DNA of 32,000 nucleotides from Pseudomonas aeruginosa (GTDB lineage Bacteria; Pseudomonadota; Gammaproteobacteria; Pseudomonadales; Pseudomonadaceae): NCBI RefSeq assembly GCF_001457615.1, contig NZ_LN831024.1, positions 900,001 to 932,000 of the forward strand, read 5' to 3'. Shown piece by piece: positions 1 to 7,550 of this stretch (position 1 is its first letter; each line of letters starts with the position of its first letter). The notes under the pieces were generated by a model. It saw only the letters and a program-made list of their open reading frames with translations, ran no database searches and was not told where the DNA came from. The position numbers and the translations under genes were made by a program.

Positions 1-1
1 C

Positions 2-757
2 GGCGCGGTGGACTTCCTCGAATGCGCGCCGGACAACTGGATCGGCGTCGGCGGTGCCTTCGGTGCCGACCTGGAGCGCCTGGTGGAGCGCTTTCCACTG
101 ACCTGCCACGGTCTCTCGCTGTCCCTCGGCGGCTCCACACCGCTGGATGCCGCCTTCATCGAGCAGACCCGACGCTTCCTCGTCCGCCACCGGGTCGCGT
201 TGTACAGCGAGCACCTCAGTTACTGTTCCGACGATGGCCATCTCTATGATCTGTTGCCGCTGCCGTTCACCGAGGCCGCGGTGCGTCACGTCGCGGCGCG
301 CATCCGCGAGGCGCAGGAACGCCTGGAGCGGCGCATCGCGGTGGAGAACATTTCCTACTATGCAGCGCCGTACCGGGAGATGAGCGAGATCGAGTTCGTC
401 AACGCGGTACTCGACGAGGCCGACTGCGACCTGTTGCTGGACGTCAACAACCTGTTCGTCAACGCCTGCAACCACGGCTACGACGCCCTCGACTTCCTCG
501 CCCGGCTGCCGCCCGGGCGGGTCGCCGTCTACCATGTGGCGGGGCACTACGACGAGGCGCCGGACCTGAAGATCGACACCCATGGTGCCGCCGTGAAGCC
601 CGGCGTCTGGGCCTTGCTTGGAGCCGCCTATCGTCGCTTCGGCGTGCGCCCGACCCTGCTCGAGCGGGACTTCAACTATCCGCCGCTGGGCGAACTGCTG
701 CTGGAAGTGGAGCAGATCCGCCAATGGCAACGCGACGAGGGACGCCGTCATGGATGA
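2..757 (+). CDS. DUF692-family multinuclear non-haem iron oxidase (MNIO; MbnB/HvfB/BufB-like), 5'-truncated by the window edge
   Basis: The frame is open from the first bases of the window to TGA at 755-757. The track 'start' at 8 is only an in-frame GTG. The translation carries the DUF692 ligand-bearing motifs [46 protein letters not shown] and LLERDFN. The stop overlaps the ATG of the next gene (ATGGATGA). Confidence 0.85.
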   Translation, partial: GAVDFLECAPDNWIGVGGAFGADLERLVERFPLTCHGLSLSLGGSTPLDAAFIEQTRRFLVRHRVALYSEHLSYCSDDGHLYDLLPLPFTEAAVRHVAARIREAQERLERRIAVENISYYAAPYREMSEIEFVNAVLDEADCDLLLDVNNLFVNACNHGYDALDFLARLPPGRVAVYHVAGHYDEAPDLKIDTHGAAVKPGVWALLGAAYRRFGVRPTLLERDFNYPPLGELLLEVEQIRQWQRDEGRRHG

Positions 758-1505
758 GCGCCTGCGCCAACAGCAGTTCAGCCTCGCCCGGCACCTGCGC
801 GACCCGCTTGGCAATGCGCCGCCGCCGGACATCGAAGAACGTCGCCTGCGGGTCTACCGCGAGCTGTTCTACAACGCCATCGAAGGCCTCCTTGCCAGCG
901 GCTTCCCGCGCTTGCGCGGGCTGCTTGGCGAGCAGCAGTGGCATGGCCTGGTGCGCGAGTTCTATCGCGAGGAGAGAAGCCATACCCCCCTGTTCACCCG
1001 TATCGCCGGGGTCTTCGTCGACTACCTGCGGCAGCGGGGCGAGTATCGGCCGGCGTGGCAAGCCGAGTTGGCCCACTTCGAATGGAGCGAAACGCGCCTC
1101 TACCTGGCCGAGCCCGACGATCCGCCGTATCGGCGTGAAGGCGACCTGCTCGACGGGGTGCCGCTGCTGTCGAGCCTGGCGCTGCCGCTGGGCTATCGCT
1201 GGCCGGTGCATCGGCTCGAAGAGGACGTCGCGCTCGCCGAAGCGCCTGCGGAACCGACCCTGCTGTTGATGCACCGCGATTCCTCGCATCGCGTGCATAC
1301 CGCGCGCCTGACTCCGCTGGCCTACCGCCTGCTGGAGTCGCTGGCGAGACGGCGCCTGAGAGGGCGCGAGCACCTGGCGGCGCTGGCGCTCGAGGCGCGG
1401 AGTGCGCCCGGAGCGCTCGACGCGGCGGGGCTGGAGTTGCTGGCAGCGTTGCGGACCCAGGGTGTCGTGCTCGGAACCCTGGAACGCGATTGGGCGGGCG
1501 GATGA
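750..1505 (+). CDS. DUF2063-family protein (MNIO partner subunit, HvfC/BufC-like)
   Basis: ATG at 750 lies in-frame inside track ORF 618..1505 and overlaps the upstream stop by 8 nt. The N-terminus [19 protein letters not shown]...[17 protein letters not shown] is typical of DUF2063. The ORF upstream of 750 is just the overlap with the DUF692 gene in another frame. Confidence 0.8.
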   Translation: MDERLRQQQFSLARHLRDPLGNAPPPDIEERRLRVYRELFYNAIEGLLASGFPRLRGLLGEQQWHGLVREFYREERSHTPLFTRIAGVFVDYLRQRGEYRPAWQAELAHFEWSETRLYLAEPDDPPYRREGDLLDGVPLLSSLALPLGYRWPVHRLEEDVALAEAPAEPTLLLMHRDSSHRVHTARLTPLAYRLLESLARRRLRGREHLAALALEARSAPGALDAAGLELLAALRTQGVVLGTLERDWAGG

Positions 1506-1531
1506 CGACGCAGCCCTTGTGGAGTCGATGC

Positions 1532-1690
1532 ATCGGCGGATAGCGCCGTTGGCGCTATCCGCCCTACGTGGTGGGTGGGACGGTCTTGGTGTAGGGCGGA
1601 TAACCGCTTGCGGTTATCCGCCGGGGTGGGTCCGGTGTATCGGCGAATAGCGCCGTTGGCGCTATTCGCCCTACGCGGTGGGTGGGATGG
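1532..1690. repeat. Cluster of three REP-like palindromic units
   Basis: Unit 1 is GGCGGATAGCGCCGTTGGCGCTATCCGCC (1535-1563). Unit 2 is GGCGGATAACCGCTTGCGGTTATCCGCC (1595-1622), preceded by GTAG (inverted orientation). Unit 3 is GGCGAATAGCGCCGTTGGCGCTATTCGCC (1642-1670). Units 1 and 3 sit inside a roughly 50-bp direct repeat (1532-1583 vs 1639-1690), each followed by CTACG-GGTGGGTGGGA. Confidence 0.8.
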
Positions 1691-1705
1691 TTCTGGCTTG
1701 CTGTG

Positions 1706-1740
1706 AAAAACCCCGGAGGCGATCGCGTTCCGGGGTTTTT
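1706..1740. terminator. Bidirectional rho-independent terminator between the convergent DUF2063 and DoxX genes
   Basis: The sequence is AAAAACCCCGGA-ggcgatcgcgt-TCCGGGGTTTTT. The GC stem CCCCGGA/TCCGGGG (1711-1717 / 1729-1735) is flanked by an A5 run on one side and a T5 run on the other, so it reads as a terminator on both strands. It lies 18 nt from the DoxX stop. Confidence 0.85.
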
Positions 1741-1757
1741 CCGTGGCTGGCCGAATC

Positions 1758-2267
1758 CTAGCGGGACAGGCCCAGGCGCCGCCCGAGCCAGTGGTCCAGG
1801 CTCAGCTTCCCCGCCCCCGCCAACAGCAGCGGCAGCAGCGCCGCCAGGTAGATCGCCGGGAGCTTGAAATTGCCGAAGCCGTGGTCGGTGATCGAGTAGC
1901 CGCGGGCCAGTTCCGCCAGGCTCGACCACTCCGCCGGCCAGTGTACGGCGGCGGTCGCCACCAGAGTGACGACGATCAGCACCAGGGCGGTCAGGCGGGT
2001 ACCGAGGCCGAGCAGGAGGAACAGCGCGCCGAGCAGTTCGGCCCACAGCGACAGTTCCCAGTTGAAGGCGGCGGGCAGGCGGTCGAAGGGAAAGGGGAAA
2101 GCCGACTGGATATCGCCGAACCAGTTCTCGCCGTTCCACTTTTCCCAACCGGACTCGAAGAACTCCCAGGCCAGGAACAGTCGCAGGGACAGGTCGGCGC
2201 TCCAGCCGCCGCAGCGGTCGAGCAGGGCGAAGGGTCGGCGCCAGGCGCGCAGGTCGGATGCTTGCAT
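1758..2267 (-). CDS. DoxX-family inner-membrane protein
   Basis: 169 aa. Hydrophobic segments and the motifs [17 protein letters not shown] and [11 protein letters not shown] are typical of DoxX. The gene lies 31 nt downstream of the preceding minus-strand gene, so the two are probably one operon. Confidence 0.8.
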   Translation of the reverse strand: MQASDLRAWRRPFALLDRCGGWSADLSLRLFLAWEFFESGWEKWNGENWFGDIQSAFPFPFDRLPAAFNWELSLWAELLGALFLLLGLGTRLTALVLIVVTLVATAAVHWPAEWSSLAELARGYSITDHGFGNFKLPAIYLAALLPLLLAGAGKLSLDHWLGRRLGLSR

Positions 2268-2298
2268 GATCGATGTCTCGTTGAGGGCGGTGGATGGG

Positions 2299-2928
2299 TC
2301 AGGCCGGCTGTACGTCGCGACGACGCAAGCGCACGGCGAGCTTGGCGGTGAGCTTGAGGACGATGGCGGAGAAGATCGTGGCGAACGCCAGTACGTACCA
2401 GCCGCCCATGGGGATGCGTTTGAAGAACGACAGACAGAAGATGCCCGCCAGCACCCAGGTGCCGGTCGAGTGCAGGGCTTTCCAGGCGCGTGGGCCGAGC
2501 AGTCGGGCCGGGGTGCGGAAGGAGGTGAGGGTGAGCAGCAGGATGAACAGGTAGCCGATCGAGCCGGGGATGTTCGCCGCGACCGAGCGGCCGCTCCAGA
2601 ATGTCTCGGGGAACAGCTTCCAGTAGGCCAGGATCAGCAAGGCGTGTACTGCGTGGGAGAAGGCGAAGGCCAGGCCCAGATAGCGCCTTTCACGGAGCAG
2701 CGCGCGGGTCCCCGGGCCGGGCACCAGGGTCGCCAGCGAGGACGCGAGGAAAGCGGCGAGGAACAGCGCGAAGGAACTGCGCGCGGTGGCGCGGATGGCG
2801 CTGCGCAGGCCCTCCACCGGTTGCGCCTGGAGAGCCAGGACGAGGGCGGTCATGCACAGCACGGCGACGGCGAGGACGGCGAACAGTCGCCAGCCGTGCC
2901 AGGCGGATTGAGAGGTTGGGACGGTCAT
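2299..2928 (-). CDS. Ferric-reductase-like (YedZ/MsrQ-type) haem-binding transmembrane protein
   Basis: 209 aa with about 6 predicted TM helices. The conserved-His context [22 protein letters not shown] and TSF...[15 protein letters not shown] parallels E. coli YedZ/MsrQ (RRLLGLWCFAWATLHLTSY; TS...LGKHWQQLHNFVY). An AGGAG sits upstream of the ATG at 2928. Confidence 0.6.
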   Translation of the reverse strand: MTVPTSQSAWHGWRLFAVLAVAVLCMTALVLALQAQPVEGLRSAIRATARSSFALFLAAFLASSLATLVPGPGTRALLRERRYLGLAFAFSHAVHALLILAYWKLFPETFWSGRSVAANIPGSIGYLFILLLTLTSFRTPARLLGPRAWKALHSTGTWVLAGIFCLSFFKRIPMGGWYVLAFATIFSAIVLKLTAKLAVRLRRRDVQPA

Positions 2929-2987
2929 GGTGGGGCTCCTGGTTGCCGGGAGCGGCTCGGCGATGTGCCGCCGCTTCCCGTGGCCAG

Positions 2988-3053
2988 GAGTGTTGCAAGC
3001 GGGTTTATCCGCAGTGTGTCCGCCGAGGGCGGTTATGTATCGCTCTGTACGGG
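2988..3053. promoter_or_regulatory. Candidate response-regulator operator upstream of the YedZ-like/DoxX operon
   Basis: Contains GTGTTGCAAGC (2990-3000) and TTATCCG-N4-GTGTCCG (3005-3022). It also has TGTATCGCTCTGTACGGG (3036-3053), which is TGTA-N6-TGTA with a 10-bp period. The same sequence blocks recur at 5119-5320. Confidence 0.35.
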
Positions 3054-3057
3054 CGCC

Positions 3058-4358
3058 TCAGGGGTCCAGCTCGATGCGCGCGCAAAGCCCGCCGCCGGCG
3101 CGGTTGGCCAGGGTCAGGCGGCCGCCGAGGGCCAGGCTCAGCTGCTGCGCGATGGCCAGGCCGAGGCCGGTGCCACCGGTGTCGCGATTGCGCGAGTTTT
3201 CCACCCGGTAGAAGGGCTTGAGCACCTCGTCGAGTTCCTCGGCGGGAATCCCCGGGCCATTGTCCAGCACCTGGATTCGCGTGCCGCCATCGGTACGGCG
3301 TTCCACTTCCAGGCGCGCGGCGCCGGCGAACTTCAGCGCATTGTCGACCAGGTTCACCAGCACCCGGCGCAGGGCGTGCGGACGGGTGTCGATCACCGCG
3401 CCGGTACGGCCGTCGAGTTGTACCTGCTTGCCGCTGTCCTGGTAGTCGAAGACCAGGCTGTCGAGGAAGGCGTCGAGGTCCACCCGGCAACTGGTCTCGG
3501 TGCTGCCGTGCATGCTGCGGGCATAGGCCACGCCTTCGCGGACCAGGTGCTGCATCTCTTCGAGATCGTTCCACAGCTTGTCCCTGTCGCTGGAGGCGTC
3601 CATGAACTCGACGCGCAGCTTCATCCGCGTGATCGGCGTCTGCAGGTCGTGGGAAATCGCCGCGAGCAATTGCATGCGCTCCTTGAGGTAGTCGGCGATG
3701 CGCGCCTGCATGGCGTTGAAGGCCGCCGCCGCATGCGCCACTTCGCGTGGGCCGGTTTCCGCGAGAGGCTGTGCCGGACGATTCGGATCGAGATGTTCCA
3801 CGGCCTTCACCAGCCGGGTCAGCGGGCCGATGGCGGTGCGCACCGCGAGGCCGGTGCAGAGCAGCAGCAGGAACAACTGCACCAGCAGCACCAGCGGCAG
3901 CCAGCCGGACAGCGGCACCGGGGCCGGCGTGACGTCGATGGTCAGCGGGCTGCCGTCGCGCAGGCGCAGGAGGACCTGGAAGTGCGGACGGCTGTCGGCC
4001 ACCTTGCGCAGGGTCAGCGGATATTGACCGTCGAGGGCGCGTTCGATGGAGTGCGCGGCAACCGGCGCGTCGGCCAGCGCCAGCGGCTGGCCGGGCTCGC
4101 CGGCGTCGAGGCGATAGCGGTAGGTGCGTCGTTCCAGGCGCGGCAGCCAGGCCTCGCGCTCGGCGGGCGTCAGGCGGTCGAGCATGGCTACCGAGATCGC
4201 CACGTCCTGTTCGAGGCTGTCGAGCATCATGTGCTTCGCGGTCTGGTAGCGCTCGTAGAACTGCGAGGCGAAGGACAGCCCGTAGGCCAGCACCAGCCCG
4301 GCGAAGAGGATCAGCGCCAGGCGCGCGGCGAGGCTGCGCGGGCGCGGCACGGCGAGCT

Positions 4359-4362
<4 letters not shown>
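3058..4362 (-). CDS. bfmS: Sensor histidine kinase (HAMP + HisKA + HATPase_c), BfmS
   Basis: The start MKLAVPRPRSLAARLALILFAGLVLAY at 4362 overlaps the bfmR stop (ATGA). The H-box is AAISHDLQTPITRM, with N/G boxes LVDNALKF and DNGPGIP...GTGLGLAIA. The 102-codon N-terminal extension in the track (to 4668) runs through bfmR out of frame. The name comes from remembered PAO1 synteny (PA4102). Confidence 0.85.
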
Positions 4363-5099
<737 letters not shown>

Positions 5100-5118
5100 T
5101 GCCTGGCTCCCGTGGCGG

Positions 5119-5190
5119 TTGGTGTGCTTGCAAGCAGTGTATCCGCGCCCGCGGCGCTTGCCTGCCGGGGTTTGTATTGCACTGTATCCG
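5119..5190. promoter_or_regulatory. Candidate operator sites in the bfmR leader/promoter
   Basis: A 12-nt perfect palindrome TGCTTGCAAGCA sits at 5125-5136. The half-site GCAGTGTATCCG ends at 5145. TGTATTGCACTGTATCCG at 5173-5190 is TGTA-N6-TGTA. Confidence 0.35.
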
Positions 5191-5302
5191 GAGCCGGGGC
5201 GAATACCGGGGCGTGCAAAAAAGCCCGGTTGTCGCTGTCGCGAACGGGGGAGACGACGGATGGCGCCGGGCGCGATTCGTCCGGCGGGAGCGGGGCGGCG
5301 AA

Positions 5303-5337
5303 TGTACGGCCATGTATCGGCCGGCAGCGGCGATACA
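5303..5337. promoter_or_regulatory. Candidate operator upstream of the DUF2790 gene
   Basis: TGTACGGCCATGTATCGG (5303-5320) is TGTA-N6-TGTA. The second half-site also forms the inverted repeat TGTATCG-N11-CGATACA (5313-5319 / 5331-5337). Confidence 0.3.
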
Positions 5338-5455
5338 GCGGCTGACGAATCGGGCATTCCAGCGACACATCCGGGACAACTCCGCGGCCTGGAATAGGCC
5401 TCGACGAAGGCATGTCGCCTTCCACCGACGCGGTCCTGCCGCCAGGAGATCCCCC

Positions 5456-5716
5456 ATGACTCGCACTCTGCTCGCCACCACCCTGCTCGCCGCGCTTGCG
5501 CTTCCCGCGTTCGCCGCCCAGGCCGCCGCACCGGTACCGACCGAAAGCTACCGCTACGGCATGCCGCTGGATGTGCACAAGGTGGTGGCGACCCAGGAAC
5601 AGGCGTCGACCACCTGCGAGATCGTCGATGCACGGATGGACTACCTAGACTCCGCCGGCAAGCTGCATTCGCTGGCCTACCGCAAGTACGCCAGCGCCTG
5701 CAGCCAGGGCGGCTAG
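5456..5716 (+). CDS. Small secreted DUF2790-family protein
   Basis: 86 aa. An AGGAGA SD lies 6 nt upstream of ATG 5456. The signal peptide is MTRTLLATTLLAALALPAFAAQA. The mature part YRYGMPLDVHKVV...CEIVDARMDYLDSAGKLHSLAYRKYASAC matches the DUF2790 pattern I remember, with two conserved Cys. The gene is internal to the spurious 205-aa track ORF 5099..5716. Confidence 0.75.
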   Translation: MTRTLLATTLLAALALPAFAAQAAAPVPTESYRYGMPLDVHKVVATQEQASTTCEIVDARMDYLDSAGKLHSLAYRKYASACSQGG

Positions 5717-7396
5717 TCAGGCGCCGGCCAGAGCCTGCACGGCCGGTTGTCGCGCGGGCGGTGCATGGGGCGCCGGCTTGCCGAGGATCAGGTCGGCGGC
5801 CTTCTCGCCGATCATGATCGCCGGGGCGTTGGTATTGCCGGTGATCAGCGTCGGCATGATCGACGCATCGGCCACCCGCAGGCCTTGCAGGCCGTGCACG
5901 CGCAACTGGTCGTCGACCACCGCGAGCTGGTCGTGGCCCATCTTGCAGGTGCCCACCGGATGGAACACGGTGCCCAGGTTGGCGCGGATCCAGGCCTCGA
6001 TCTGGCCGCGGCTGGAAACCTGCGGGCCCGGTACCAGCTCGCCCTTGAGGTGACGGGCGAAGCTGCGGCTGGCGGCCAGTTTGCGGACCAGTTGGAAACC
6101 CCGGACCAGGGTATCGAGGTCGGCAGGGTGGCTGAGGAAGTTGGCTTCGATCAGCGGCCGGTCGTGCGGGTCCGGCGAGTTCAGGCGGACCCGCCCGCGG
6201 CTCTGCGGGTGCATCACCGCGACGTGCAGGCTGACCCCGTGGCCGAAGGGGACGAGGCGCTGCGGCTGGTTCTTCAGCGCGGGGGCGACGATCAGACCCA
6301 GCTCCGGGGTCTCTGCCTGCGGGTCGAGGCGGAGGAAGCCACCGGACTCGACGGTGTTCGAGGTCAGCGCCCCGCGCCGGCCGAACAGGTACTGCCAGGG
6401 CGAGCGCAGCAGCGGCAGCCAGCCCTTCGGCGAGAAGCCCAGGCCGTAGCCGAGCTTGGCCTCGGTGCGGTACATCAGCACGATGTCCTGGTGGTCCTGC
6501 AGGTTCTCGCCGACCCCAGGCAACTCATGGCGCTGGACGATGCCGTGGCGCGCCAGTTCCGCCGCCGGGCCGATGCCGGAGAGCAACAGGAGCTGCGGCG
6601 AGTTGATCGAGCCGGCGCTGAGGATCACTTCGCGGCGTGCCTGTAATTGCACGACCTCGCCAGCCTGGCTGATCTCCACGCCGGTGGCGCGGGTACCTTC
6701 CAGCAGCACGCGCAGGGTCAGCGCCGAGCTGAGCACGGTGAGGTTGGGCCGCGCCAGGGCCGGGTGCAGGAAGGCGCGCGCCGCGCTACAGCGTTCGCCG
6801 TTGACCTGGGTGACGTGGAACGGGCCGATGCCTTCCTGGCGCTCGCCGTTGAAGTCGGCGTTGTACGGCCAGCCCATTTCCTCGGCGGCCTGGAAGAACA
6901 CCTGGTTGATCGGGCCCGGGCTGCGCTGCGCGGCGACGTTCAATTCGCCGCCGCGCCCGTGCCAGGGCGATTCGCCCGGCTCGAAATGTTCCGAGCGGCG
7001 AAAGTAGGGCAGCAGCTCGTCGTAGCTCCAGCCACGGTTGCCGAGGGATGCCCAGCGGTCGTAGTCGTGGCGGTCGCCGCGGATGTAGATCATCCCGTTG
7101 ATCGCGCTGGAGCCGCCCCAGACCTTGCCGCGCGGGCAGGCGATCGGCTGGTTGGCGGTGCCGGGCTGGGCGGCGAAGCGATGCATCCAGTTCCACTTCG
7201 GGTTGGCGATCAGGCGGATGATCCCGGCCGGCGTGCGGATGTAGGCGGCGGGGAGCGGCGTGCGGTCGCTGGGGCCGGCCTCGACCAGACAGACCGAGAC
7301 GGCGGGATCGGCGGAAAGACGGTTGGCCAGGACGCAACCGGCGGAGCCGGCGCCGACCACGATGTAGTCGAACGAACGGCGGGCAGTGGAAGTCAT
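5717..7396 (-). CDS. GMC-family FAD oxidoreductase (choline/alcohol dehydrogenase-like)
   Basis: Starts MTSTARRSFDYIVVGAGSAGCVLANRLS (GxGxxG FAD fold) at 7396. It has the GMC signatures GGSSAINGMIY and HPVGTCKMG. An AAAGGTG SD is present. The track start at 7459 adds 21 non-conserved residues. Confidence 0.88.
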   Translation of the reverse strand: MTSTARRSFDYIVVGAGSAGCVLANRLSADPAVSVCLVEAGPSDRTPLPAAYIRTPAGIIRLIANPKWNWMHRFAAQPGTANQPIACPRGKVWGGSSAINGMIYIRGDRHDYDRWASLGNRGWSYDELLPYFRRSEHFEPGESPWHGRGGELNVAAQRSPGPINQVFFQAAEEMGWPYNADFNGERQEGIGPFHVTQVNGERCSAARAFLHPALARPNLTVLSSALTLRVLLEGTRATGVEISQAGEVVQLQARREVILSAGSINSPQLLLLSGIGPAAELARHGIVQRHELPGVGENLQDHQDIVLMYRTEAKLGYGLGFSPKGWLPLLRSPWQYLFGRRGALTSNTVESGGFLRLDPQAETPELGLIVAPALKNQPQRLVPFGHGVSLHVAVMHPQSRGRVRLNSPDPHDRPLIEANFLSHPADLDTLVRGFQLVRKLAASRSFARHLKGELVPGPQVSSRGQIEAWIRANLGTVFHPVGTCKMGHDQLAVVDDQLRVHGLQGLRVADASIMPTLITGNTNAPAIMIGEKAADLILGKPAPHAPPARQPAVQALAGA

Positions 7397-7550
7397 GTCG
7401 GCACCTTTCTGGGTGTGCTGCCGGGCCTCGCCCGACGTTCTTTTTCGCCCCGCGCCCATGGGCGCGACGCTACTCCATTGGACGGGGAAGCGCGCCCGGC
7501 CGCTTGTCCCAGCCTGCCGGCGGGGTTGACCGAGGCTGCCAGGCGGCGCG

